DNA of 64,000 nucleotides from Rebecca billardiae RCC1528 (lineage: Eukaryota; Protista; Haptophyta): contig OZ251255.1 in the NCBI GenBank assembly GCA_965240325.2, positions 186,001 to 250,000 on the forward strand. The letters are read 5' to 3'. Each line of letters starts with the position of its first letter. Position 1 is the stretch's first letter. Under the pieces are notes generated by a model. That model saw only the letters and a list, made by a program, of their open reading frames with translations. It was not told the DNA's origin and made no database searches. A program made the position numbers and the translations under genes. Below are positions 51,657 through 62,655 of this stretch, one piece after another.

Positions 51657-52451
51657 TCAGCCCTGCTGCCGCCGCCACTCGCCGCGCGCGGGCGCGCGGC
51701 CGCGCCGCCTGCGGTGCCGCTGGTTGAGCTCCGGCTGCACGACGCACGAGCTGTTCGAGCTGGCCTCCACGCCGACGGTGTTGTTGGCGTGGCGCACGAG
51801 GCGGAGGCACGCCACGCGCGCCGGGTCGCCGTCGCCGTCGTTGAACTCGCCCTTCACCGCGCAGCGGTCGCAGTCGAGCGCGCCGCGGCCCGCGTGAGCG
51901 CATGCTGGGCTTGACACCCACAAGGAGCGCGCGGCGCCGCCCACGCGGAAGTCGGGGCAGGTCCACGTGACGCGCTCGCGCGTGGCGCGGCCGCTCACGC
52001 GGAGGGTGAGCGTGCCCGTCAGCGCGTAGTCCAGCGCCGCCGGCGCGTCCCCCTTCGCCGCGCCCATCCCCAGCGTCGCGTGCGGCCGCAGCCCCGCTGT
52101 GAACGCCTTGGCAATCAGCTCGGCGGCGCCGCGCGGCGGCGTGCCGCCGGTGGACCTGACGCCGATGTCTGAGACGCCCGAGCCGAAGCCGATCGTCTGC
52201 TGCCACCCGTCCACCCGCCACCCCGGGATCGCCTTGCGCACGTCGTAGTCGACGTGGATCCCGAAGAGAGAGCCGCCGCTGAACACGATCTGCTGCTCGC
52301 TGCCGCTCGTGGCGCTGGCGCCGCGCTCGCGGGCGCGGGCGGCGGGAGGCGGCGGGGGGGCAGAGCACCAGGCGAGGTAGCCGACGTAGAGCGCCGCGCC
52401 GGAGAGCACGAGCGCGGTGCTCACGGCCACGGCGCGCGTTCGCCGCGCCAT
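51657..52451 (-). CDS. Hypothetical protein with an N-terminal membrane anchor and a beta-rich, Cys-containing domain
   Basis: 264-aa ATG ORF with hydrophobic segment VAVSTALVLSGAALYVGYLAW and non-repetitive composition. Confidence 0.6.
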   Translation of the reverse strand: MARRTRAVAVSTALVLSGAALYVGYLAWCSAPPPPPAARARERGASATSGSEQQIVFSGGSLFGIHVDYDVRKAIPGWRVDGWQQTIGFGSGVSDIGVRSTGGTPPRGAAELIAKAFTAGLRPHATLGMGAAKGDAPAALDYALTGTLTLRVSGRATRERVTWTCPDFRVGGAARSLWVSSPACAHAGRGALDCDRCAVKGEFNDGDGDPARVACLRLVRHANNTVGVEASSNSSCVVQPELNQRHRRRRGRAPARGEWRRQQG

Positions 52452-52832
52452 GCCGGCCGCGAGAATGAGGATTGAGGTGGGCTGGCGGCCGGACGCACGG
52501 CTGCCGCCCTTTTCGATGGCGGCGTTTTCTACCGATGGGGGTACTTTTCTACCGCCCGGCGAGGTCTCGCAGCGATCACGATGGCGGACGACGACGGCCG
52601 GGTGGCGTGACGCAAAGGTGCCAACAAGACCCTCTGTCAGAGCGAGCTGCCGCCAGCAGCTCGCTCCCCAGCCAGGCCCCCCTCTCCGCCCTCGTCAGAG
52701 CACCAACCGCCGCCGACGCCAACGACCGTTCCAACGCGGCCGGTCAGGCCATCCCGCCAAAGCCGGAAGTCAACGCACCGGCTTTTATTGGCCGCGGACT
52801 GACGGGCCGGCCGCGCGGGCGCGGCGGTTCGG

Positions 52833-55284
52833 TCAGGCGGTGCGCGCGCGGCGGCGGCGGCGGCGGCGGTGCGAGAGGTCGAGGATGAAGTCGAGCTGCT
52901 CCGTGCTCATCGGGTCCCGGATCGAGCCGTCCTGGAACGCGCACGGAATGCGCGCGCGGATCGCGCGCGTCGCGCGCGCCGGCCGGCCCGGCACCTCCGG
53001 CACGCGCGCGGCGTCGAGGAGCAGGTTGGTGGCGACGCGCGAGCCGGGGGCGTGCCAGAGCACGTCGGCGGCGAAGTGGCGCATCAGCGCGCGCGCGTGC
53101 GCGCGCCGCTCCACCGGCCACGCCGCGAGCACCTCCGCGAGCGCCGCGGGCGCGTCCGCCCGGAAAAGCGTCGAATTTGCGCGCGCGAGCATTAATTCAA
53201 ATGGCACAAAGCACTGAAACGGCACCGCCACGGCCATGGCCGCCTGCGCGACCAGGACGGGGATCGCGCCGAACTCGAAGCCCACGTACAGCCGGTCGCA
53301 CCCCGGCGTGTCCCCCCGGATCGAGAGGATGAACTCCGAGCGGGCGAAGAGCGAGCCTGCCAGCGAGGCCTGCGGGCGCGGCGCGGGGCGGGGCGCGCAC
53401 GGCGGGGCGGGCGCGGGGCGCGGGCGTGGCACGGGCCGGGGCGCGGGGCGGGGCGCGGGGCAGGGCGCGGACGGCGCGCGGGCGGGGCGGGGTGGGTGGC
53501 GGCAGGTGGCGGTAAGAGGGGCGGGGCACGGCGGGCGCGGTGTGAGATGGGAGCAGATCTGGCGCATACCCACCCGGCTGCGGCGTGGGGCGCGCGCGGC
53601 CGGGCGGCGCGCCCGCCCCCCACCTCCCGGCTTGCAGGATGCCTGCCTCCGCGCGCACACCGCCCGGGGGCGCCGCGCGCCCACCGCCCCGCACCTTGAA
53701 CCGCCCCTGGCAGGCGACGCTCACCTCGCTGCCCAGGTCGACCCGCCCACAGGCGGGCAGCCGGTACGTGCCCGAGGCCGCCAGCAGCACGTTGGAGGGC
53801 GGCACGCGCTGCCCTGAGAGCAGAGCCTTGGCCTGCGCCCGCGCGCGGGGGCGAGCGCGCGCGCGCGGGGGCGCGGGCGGGGGCGCGGGGCGGGGGCGCG
53901 GGCGGGGGCGCGGGCGAAGGGGTGGGGTCGATCGGTCGGGTCAGGGCGGGCAGGGGTGGGGGTGCCCCGCCCCCACGCGCGGGGCGCGCGGACCGCGCGC
54001 CGGTGCGCGCGCGCTGCGCCGACGCCCGCACATCCTCAACCCCGCGCGCAGCGCCACGCCCGCGCCCAGCCGCAGCAGCAGCGGCGGGCAGCGGCGGCGC
54101 GCGGCGCAGCGCACGCCCCGAGGGAGATCGCGATCTCCCTGGAGGGAGGGAGATCGCAATCTCCCGCCCTCGCGCGCAACTACCTGTATGAACATGGACG
54201 CCCGCATGTGGTAGCCCGGCCGCACGATCGGGTGGTGCACCGACGACTTGCCGCCGAAGAAAAACGTGATGTTGCGCACGCGCCCGCCGCCCGCGGCGCC
54301 GCCGTCCGCGGCGCCGCCGCTGCCGCCGCCCGGTGGCAGTGTGGCGTGCGCGTGCGCGCCCGCCCCGCCGGCCGCCCGCGCGCCCGCCGTGGCGTGCGAG
54401 CCCGCGCCCCCGTCGCCCCCCAGTCCGGGCGCCGCGCCCTCCCCGTACGCCCAGAGTCCGGAGCCCCGGTCCGTCTGCGGCGCCATCAGCGGGGCCACGT
54501 GCACCGCGCCGGCGCTCGAGTTCACCGACACGTGCGATCCAAACTGCATGCGGGGCGGGGCGGTGGGGGGCGGGGGCGGGGAGGGCGGGGCGGGGCGGGG
54601 CGGGGCGGCGACTTGGGGCTCGGCCGGTGGGGCGCGTGGCGGTGCCGCCCAACGCGCAGCGGCGATGAACAGGCCCCAGCATGGCTGCCGCCGCCCTCAG
54701 CATGGCTGCCGCCGCCCTCAGCATGGCTGCCGCCGCCCTCAGCATGGCTGCCGCCGCCCTCAGCATGGCTGCCGCCCCGGGCTGACAAGGGCCGGCGCTG
54801 GGTGGGCGGCTCGAGGGCGCCAAAGCCGCGCCGAGCGCGCGCGCGCGCCTGCTGCCACAGCGCCGGGGGCACGCCGTGGATGTCCTTGCGAGGCAGCGCC
54901 GCCTTGAGTCCGGCCGGGGGCACCCCCTGCAGCATGGAGGAGTTGGGCGTGTTCAGCCCGCGCCCGGACTCTCGGCTCCCGGACTTCCCGGACTTCCCGG
55001 ACTTCCCGCGCTGCCGGGCGGCAGGGGCGCTCCCCGCGGGTGCGCCGTGGCCAAGGCCGATGGTGTCGCCCCGCCCGACCGCGCCGCCCCGGCCGTCGAG
55101 GTGCCACTCGAAGCGCACCGCCTCGTGGTGCACCCAGAGAGCGTCTGGCATGCCTGTTACGCCGCAGCACGCGCGCGCGCGCCGCCACCGCGCACGTCAT
55201 CCATGGCGCAGTCGTCAGCCGGCGCAGACCAGACACAAGGGGATGCACCATGGTGGGCATCGCGAAGCAGCAGCCGCAGCAGCC

Positions 55285-55326
<42 letters not shown>

Positions 55327-55338
55327 ACAGCAGCAGCC

Positions 55339-55413
<75 letters not shown>

Positions 55414-56158
55414 GCAGCAGCAGCAGCAGCCGCAGCAGCAATCCGGGCACGGTGAGGGCGTCGCGTGGCAGCCGGGCGGCATGGGGGACGCCGTGCTCGG
55501 CCGCGGGCGCGGCGCACTGGCGGCGCGCGCCCCCCTCGCCCGGCCGTGGCGCTACCCGCTTTTACCCACCCGGTATGTCCTCGGGACGGACGTCATAGTG
55601 GAGCGCCACGAACAGGTGGTCCTGCGGGCGCGCGCGCCAGCTGGGCGTGGCCTGCACCGCCGCGAGCGTGCGCCGCGTGCGCGCGGCGAACGGCTCGGGG
55701 CACCAGTGGTCCACGCCGATCGCCACCGGCGGCACGAGCAGCAGCGCCTCCTCCGGCCGCCGCACGCGCCACGGGTGGTTGAGCAGCTGCTCCAGAAAGT
55801 GGACGTCGCCCGTGTGCCGCGCGCCGGCCCAGGAGCGGTAGTGCGGGCAGCCCTTGTACGAGGCGATGAGCTGCGCTGCGTTGATCCCGCCCACGCCGTC
55901 GTACATGTAGAACGGCACGGCGGGCAGCGAGGCGCGCTGCGCCTCCCACGCGCCGATGAGCGCTCGCGGCTCCCACGCTCGCCAGTCGAGCGGGCGGCCG
56001 TCCAGCGGGTGCGGCGGCGCGGGCGCGGCGTCGGCGGCGCGCGGAGGCGACGTGCGGCGCCGCGCGCGCGTGCGGTTGCGGTGCGCGTGCCGCTTCGCGC
56101 TCGCGCCGAGCAGCAGCAGCAGGCACACGCCGCGCGCCGCGCGCCCAGCGGGCCCCAT
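52833..56158 (-). CDS. Exostosin-family (GT47) glycosyltransferase; introns 55569-55154, 54848-54544 (GC-AG), 54183-53833, 53694-53370
   Basis: Signal anchor plus PFYMYD, HPWRVRRPEEALLLVPP, PQDHLFVA, RNITFFFGG and SEFILSIRGDTPGCDRLYVGFEFGAIPVLV. Confidence 0.85.
54677..54778. repeat. 21-bp minisatellite (CAGCATGGCTGCCGCCGCCCT) x ~4.8, intronic
   Basis: Tandem units start at 54677, 54698, 54719, 54740 and 54761. Confidence 0.95.
55266..55440. repeat. Interrupted (CAG)n tract, intronic in the GT47 gene (CTG on the sense strand)
   Basis: About 55 CAG-type units with phase slips. Confidence 0.92.
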
Positions 56159-56487
56159 GCTGCGCACGCGCAAGCACCAAGAAGAACCGATCCCTCATCG
56201 ATCCCTCCTGCCTGTACAGTCGTCAATCGTCAATCCCTTGCTGATCCTCTAACGGCTACCGTTCGTTAGTTAGTTAGCACTTGAAAGCCCGGGCGGAATG
56301 CCGGATCCGGGGCCAGTTTCGCTCAAGCCGTCAAGCGCGAGGATCATCAGCCCCGGACCCCAGTGCGAGTGTCTTTGACCGTCAGCAGGGCGGTGGCCCC
56401 CGCGTCTCAACCGCTGCGCGCCGCGGCGCCCACACAGCCGCCACCCTCGGACGAGGGCGGCGCGCGCGCGGGGGCGAGCGCGTGCAG

Positions 56488-56561
56488 ATGGCGACCGACT
56501 TTCTCGCGCGCTTCGGCGACAAGCTCTCCGTCGTGAACAAGGACGGCAGCGCCACGCGGCT

Positions 56562-56597
<36 letters not shown>

Positions 56598-59427
56598 AGC
56601 CGGCGCGGCGAGCGGCGCGCCTGACGGCGGCGCGCCCCTGCACCGCCCGCCTCCCACGCTGCGCGTGAGCGCGGACCGCCCGCCCGCCGCGCCGATGTAC
56701 GCGAGCACCCTCCACCGCGCGTCCGCGCCCAACCCGGCCGCCGCCCTCGGCGCCGACCCCCAAGTGATGGGCGGCGGCGGCGGCGGCGGCATGGCGGCCG
56801 GCGGCGCGGGCGCGCCCATGCCGCCGGCGGCGTACGGGCTGCCGCCGCAGGCTGGGCCTGCTGGCGCGTACGGCTCGCCCGCGCCGCACCAGGCGCACCA
56901 CCGCCACCACCACGCGATGCTAAGCGCGCTCGGCGGCGGCGGCGCGCTCGGCGGCGGCGGCGGCGGCGCGCTCGGCGGCGGCGCCGTGGGGTGTGCACCC
57001 GCCTACGCAGAGCAGCAGCCGCCGAGCGCGCAGCCGCCGCCCGCCGGCGGCCGCGCGCCGATGCCCGGCGCATCGGCCGCGGAGTACGCCGCCGCGCCGC
57101 CGCGCCGCGCGCCCGGGCTCGCGGAGCTGCACCGCCTGGCGGCGCAGGACGCCGCCTCCTTTCAGCCGTTCGTGAGCCCTAACCCTAACCCTAACCCTAA
57201 CCCTAACCCTAACCCTAACCTAGACGCCGCCTCCTTTCAGCCGTTCGTGAGCCCGCAGCCGCAGCAGCCGCCGCAGCAGTGGCAGCAGCAGCAGCAGTGG
57301 CAGCAGCAGCCGCAGCAGCAGCAGCAGCCGTTTGGGCGCGGCGGCGGCGCATATGGCGGCGGGCGCGCGCCGCCCGCACACGCGCACGCCGCTGCCTACA
57401 GCGGCGGCTATGGCGGCGGCATGTATGGCGGAGGCTATGGCTACGGCGATGGCGGCGGGCCCGGCGGCGCGATGGGTGGCGCACCCGTCGTGACCGGTGG
57501 CGCGCACGCATACACCGGCGCCAAGGGCCGCGCGCACGCGCACGCCACCCCGACGGCTGGCGGCGGCGGTGGCGGCGGTGGCGGCGGCTGGGCGGGCGGC
57601 GAGGGCGCGGCTGCGATGTGCGGTGGTGGCGCCGGTGCGGCGGCGCACCAGTTGCACTACCAGCACCAGCCGCAGCCACAGCCGCAGCAGCAGCCGCCGC
57701 CGCAGCAGTGGCAGCAGCAGCAGCCGCCGCCGCAGCCGCCGCAGCAGCGCGCGCCGCCTCGGGCGGCGAGCGGCGGCGGCGACGGCGGCGGCGGCGCCGC
57801 GCGCCGCGCCGCGCTCGGCGCCGAGGGCGGCGCGCGCGCCGGCGCGCGGCGCGGCTCGGAGCCTCCGCACACGATGGCGGCCCCTGCGCCGGGCGCGCGC
57901 GCCGCCGCCGCCGGGCGGCGCGCAGGTCGGGACGGCGGCGCGACCGCCGCGGGCTCGGGCGCGACGGCTGTCGCCGTCCGCCGCCGGCTGAGCGGGGGCG
58001 CGTCGCCCGGCGCGGGCGGCGCCGCGCCGCCGCCGCTGCGCGGCGCGCACGCCGACGCCGGCGGTTACGGCGACAGCTACTCCGCGCCCGCGGGCGGCAG
58101 GCGGCACGCTCGCTTCTCGGCCGACCCGAGCCCTAACCCTAACCCTAACCCTAGTCGGGCGGAGGCGCCGCCGGACGCTGGGGGCTCGCCCGGGCCTGCT
58201 GCACCCGGGCCGGGGCGCGGCGGCAGCTTTCGGCGCGGCGCGGCCGCCGCCGCGGCCGACGACGACGACGGCGGTGCAAACGCCAGCGCGGGCGGCGGCG
58301 GCGGCGGGCAGCAGCTGTACTACTCGCGCCGGCCGCGCGAGGCCAGCAGCGCGTACACACCCTACAAGGGGCGGCCGGACTCGACCTATGTGACGTTGGG
58401 CGTGCTGCGCCCTGACCCCAACTCCGACCCGGAGCTGCAGAGCAAGCGCGCCAACGCCAACAAGGTGCGCTGCGAGGGCGGGCTGCGCGGCGGGGCGAGG
58501 GCGGCTGTGGCTGCGGCGCCGCGCGCCTGCGCCGGGCCGGGTGTGTGCCGCCACGCCGCGCGCTGGCTGCTGCGTGCGTGCGTGCAGGCTGCTGCCGGGA
58601 GGCAGGCTGGGCGGCACCTGCTGCCGGGTGGCAGGCTGGGCGGCTGGGCAGGCGGGCTGGGCGGCTGGGGGGGCGGGCGCCGCGCGCGCGCGCCGGCGTG
58701 GTCGCTCGCTGCGCGGCCCGTTGGTCGGTGCCGCCGCCGAGCGCACGGCGCCTGCGCCCCCGCCCACCCACCACCTTCGCCCCCGCATCCCTCCCCCTCC
58801 CCCCCCCGCGCCCGCGCCCGCGCCCTCCTCGGCCCCCTCTCCTATTTCCTATTTGTGTGCGCTTTCTTTTTTCCTTCTTCCTTTTTCCTTTTGTGCTGTC
58901 TTCGCAGGTGAAGGTGTTCTCGCAGAACCTGCGCGCCATCAACAGGCGAGAGCTCGAGGCGGCCGCTCTCGAGCGCGAGCCGCCGCCGCCTCGGGAGCCG
59001 CCCAAGGAGCTCACGAAGGCGCAGAAGGTGCGCTCGGCCGGCCGGGGTGCTCGCGCCGCGCGCCGCCGCGCCCGCCCGGTGCCCCACACGACCCACCCCA
59101 CACCCTAACCCTAACCCTCGACCAACCGCCACCCACCCTACCTGACCCTGCCCGCAGGCCCGCGAGTACGCGCAGTCGGTCCCAAAGCCGAAGCCACGGC
59201 CACCGCCGCCGCCGCCACCGCAGGCCTCGCAGCCAAAAGGGCGGCGGCGCGCCCCGGGCAGCCCCGGCGGCGGCGGCTCGGACAGCGAAGCCGACGCGGA
59301 TGGAGAGGGCGCGGCGGCGGCAGAGGCAGAGGACCCGTTGGCGGCGCTCGAGCGGCGGCACGAGGAGCAGCGGCAGCGCGCGCTGGAGATCAAGGCGCAG
59401 CTCGGGATGGTCGCCGCGGACGGATGA
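56488..59427 (+). CDS. JHY: JHY-like ciliary protein; introns 58465-58907, 59028-59157 (possible extra intron 57172-57240)
   Basis: The C-terminal pattern YTPY..LGVLRPD..K|VKVFSQNLRAIN..QK|AREYAQSVPKP..LAALERRHEEQR follows the JHY domain layout. Confidence 0.72.
57148..57254 (+). repeat. (CCCTAA)7 telomeric tract flanked by a 32-bp direct duplication
   Basis: GACGCCGCCTCCTTTCAGCCGTTCGTGAGCCC occurs at 57148-57179 and 57223-57254; the telomeric units span 57177-57218. Confidence 0.95.
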
Positions 59428-59848
59428 GCCGCGCTGCACCCGGCCGGCTACTGCGCCGCATCAGCAGTACACCTGACCGAGCAGTGGTCTCACGATCTAA
59501 CCATCCGGACAGTCCGGTCATCGTTGGTGGCCGACCGAACTCGAGCGCCGGCGGTCTCGCCGCGCCCCGACGACGACGTCAGCACAGTCACACGCGACTA
59601 CTATGCGCAGTCTGTACGCGCGACTACTGACAATGCGCGGCGGTATCGTCTGCTGCTGCTATTATAACTAGCAGCGCATAGCGCAGCTGGCCCGGCTGGA
59701 GTCGCGCGCGGCCGCGCGGTGACGTTTCGGCTCGTCGTAGTCGTCATCGTCGTATTTGATCGATGACGATGGATCTTCAGGACGACATTGTCAGCTCATC
59801 AGCAGTGTGGTCCGGAACGTCCGCCCCGTCCCCGTCGCTGGCGATATC

Positions 59849-62023
59849 ATGCTGCTCGCGACGATGCGCGCCGCGCAGCGCGCCGCGCGCGCCCTCGCTG
59901 GCAGGCCGACGCCCGCCACTGCGCTCCGGCTCGGCCGGCTCGCCGAGCGCGGCGGCGCCATCGGCTCGCACGCGCGGCGTGCGCTCAGCACACCGCCGCC
60001 ACCGCCGCCGGGCGCGCCGCCGGGCGGCGTCGGCGGCGCGGGCGCGGGCGCGGGCGCCGCCGGCTCGACCGCGGCGATCGTCGAGGTGAACCGCGGCAAC
60101 TTTGAGCAGCTCGTGCTGCGCGCGTCGATGGAGGACCCGCCCGTCGGCGGCGCGGTGATCATCGACGCGTACGCCGACTGGTGCGAGCCGTGCAAGCAGC
60201 TCACCCCCAAGCTGGAGAGACTGGTGCTCGCATCGGTGCGCGCGCGACGTGGACGTGCGCGTGGCGGGGTGGCGCCGCGCGGCGTGACCGCCCGAGCTGG
60301 AGCCGGTGAACGGCGCACCGCGTGGCCCTCGCGCGCCCCGCCGGCGCTCCCGGGCCCCGCGCGGCTGCCGCCCGTCCTCACCACGCACACACGCACACGC
60401 GCGCGCGCCTCCCGTGCGCGCGCGCCCCCGCCGCATCAAAAACGAACAACCCTTCCAATTGGGCTCTACGCAGGGCGGCGCGGTGCGGCTGGCCAAGCTG
60501 AACGTGGACGCGGAGCAGGAGCTCGCCGCCTCGCTGCAGATCAGCCAGCTGCCGACGGTGCTGCTGGTGCACAAGGGCAAGCTGGCCGACTCCTTCACCG
60601 GGGCGGTGCCGGACGAGCAACTCGCGCAGGTGCGGCCCAACCCTAACCCTAACCCTAGCCCTCACCCTAGCCCTCACCTGGGCCCGGCGGCAGCGGCCCA
60701 GCCCGGCACGTGAAGCGGCCCGCGCCCTCGCCTCCCTAACCCTAACCCGCCTGGGTGAGGCCGGCCGCCTCTGGCACTGCCGGCGCGGCGCGGTGGGCGG
60801 GGAGGATGCCGCCGGCTGCGCGGCCGCTGCGCCCCGCTGCCTCCACTCCAGCCCACGCACCCGCGCCCAACCACGCCCTCACCCTAGCCCTAACCCTAGC
60901 CCACGCACCCGCGCCCAACCGCGCACGTCTCCGCCGCGCCGCCGCGCCGCGCGCACGGCAGTTTGTGACCAAGGCGGTGCAGCTCGCTGGCGGCGCGGGG
61001 TCGGGCGAGCGCGCGCTGCAGGAGGCGACGGCCGCGCTCGAGGCGGGTGAGATGGAAAAGGCAGAGGTGCGCACCGCCTGTGCACGCGCGGCGCGCCCTG
61101 CTGCGCCGTGCCCGCGCCGCATGCACGGTGGTGGACGCGGGCACAGGCGGTGGCCTCGGCTGCGTGGCGCAGTGGGCCGCCCGCGCGCCGCGGTGACACC
61201 GGCCGTATCGTGCGCCGCGGCCCGGTGCAAGACCCGGCGCGTGCGGCCGCCAGCCGGGCGGCTGGCCCCGCGCGACCACTGACGGGCGTCACTGCCGCCC
61301 GCGCCCGCCCCCCCGCCCCTGGCGCCGCCAGGGCCTGTTCCACGCGCTGAGCCGGCTGCCGGAGTACGCTGCGGACGCCACCGCCGGCCTGGCGATGGTC
61401 GCCCTGCGCGCTGGCGACGAGGCCACGGCCAAGACGCTGGTGCGTTGTCGCGGGCGGGCGCGCGCGTGCGTGTGCGCGGCGGCGGGACGCTCGGCGGCGC
61501 GGCCGCGCAGCCCGCGCGCCGCACGCGCGAACGGCGCTCCGCGCTCGCGCACGCGCCCCTGCCTGCTGCCACCTCATCCGCACGCCCCTTTTTCTGCTCC
61601 CCCGCGCGCACGGCTGACCGGCAGGTGGCGAGGCTGCACGAGGTGCATGCGGATTCGATCGAGCGGCCGCTGCCGCGCCAGGCGCGCGCGCAGCTGGAGC
61701 TGGCCGAGGCGGCGGCGGAGGGCGGCGGCGGGGGCGGCGCGGGTGGCGGCGGCGCCGACCTCGACTCGCTGCGCGCGGCGGCGGCGGCGGCGCCCAAGGG
61801 CGAGGCGGGCGCGGAGCCGCGCTTCGCGCTCGCGCAGGCGCTCACCGCGCGCGGCGAGGCGGCGGAGGCCATCGAGCTTCTGCTCGCCATCCTGCGCGAC
61901 GACCACGGCTGGGCCGAGGGCAAGGCGAAGGAGCTGCTCTTCAAAACGTTCGACTCGCTCGGCGCGGGGCACGAGCTGACCAAGCGCGGCCGGCGCCGCC
62001 TCGCCAACCTGCTCTTCAACTGA
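59849..62023 (+). CDS. cnoX: CnoX/YbbN-type thioredoxin-TPR chaperedoxin, probably mitochondrion-targeted; introns 60236-60473, 60630-60961, 61067-61331, 61440-61624
   Basis: Arg/Ala-rich presequence, IIDAYADWCEPCKQLTPKLE, LAKLNVD, and the C-terminal AIELLLAILRDDHGW..AKELLFKTFDSLG..GRRRLANLLF typical of YbbN. Confidence 0.88.
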
Positions 62024-62578
62024 TGATCGATGATGACGATGGCTATGATGCAGGTCTGACAGCTCGCCGGAACGACTCGATCTGCCTAATAACCGTGCGT
62101 ATGCCAGTAGTAGTATGGCACCGCCGCCGCCAGATATCGGATCGGATCATCGGACAATACGCCTGTTTTATTATTTGCGCGCGTGCTGTTTAGCCATGGC
62201 CAGTGCCGCCAGCCCACGGTCAGACCGACTGATGATGACTATATGTGTAAACTTTTCTGAGGATAGCGCACCAGCAAAATGAAAAATCCCTTGACCGCCA
62301 TCCGGATTTTACGGAGGCCGCGTTTGGACGCAGAAACGCGCGATGGCGAGGCCCGCCCTCGCACCACCGCTCTCGCGAGATCGCGACCGTGCGACCTGCG
62401 GCGTTGCGCTCGACGCGCTCTTTCTGCTCGGAGGCCGCGAGGACTCCCAGGTGCGCCAGCTCGCGAGCGCGCACCTTCCTCCTCGCCGCGCTCGCCGAGC
62501 ACGAGCCGATCTGCAGCAGATGTGCAAGGAGCCGCATGTGGCCTTCCTCGCGCGCGCGGCACGGCTGCACACGAAAAT

Positions 62579-62655
62579 CGTTAGAGGGCACTTCTCCGCG
62601 CATTCTACATTTTGGGGAAAGAACGCCTGAACTGCACAAAAAGTGCCCTCTAACG
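62579..62655. repeat. 15-bp perfect inverted repeat with a 47-bp spacer
   Basis: CGTTAGAGGGCACTT (62579-62593) pairs with AAGTGCCCTCTAACG (62641-62655). Confidence 0.85.

Noticed and set aside
49615-52368. Single 917-aa ORF
   Set aside because: The N-terminal third is an off-frame read through the upstream gene and intergenic DNA. Paralog alignment places the start at 51315 (or 51408).
54760-55598. Poly-Q/poly-S/poly-L ORFs
   Set aside because: The CAG tract lies in a GT47 intron whose flanking exons join in frame.
57177-57218. True chromosome end or telomere fusion
   Set aside because: Only 7 units, embedded in a continuous gene with no head-to-head arrays.
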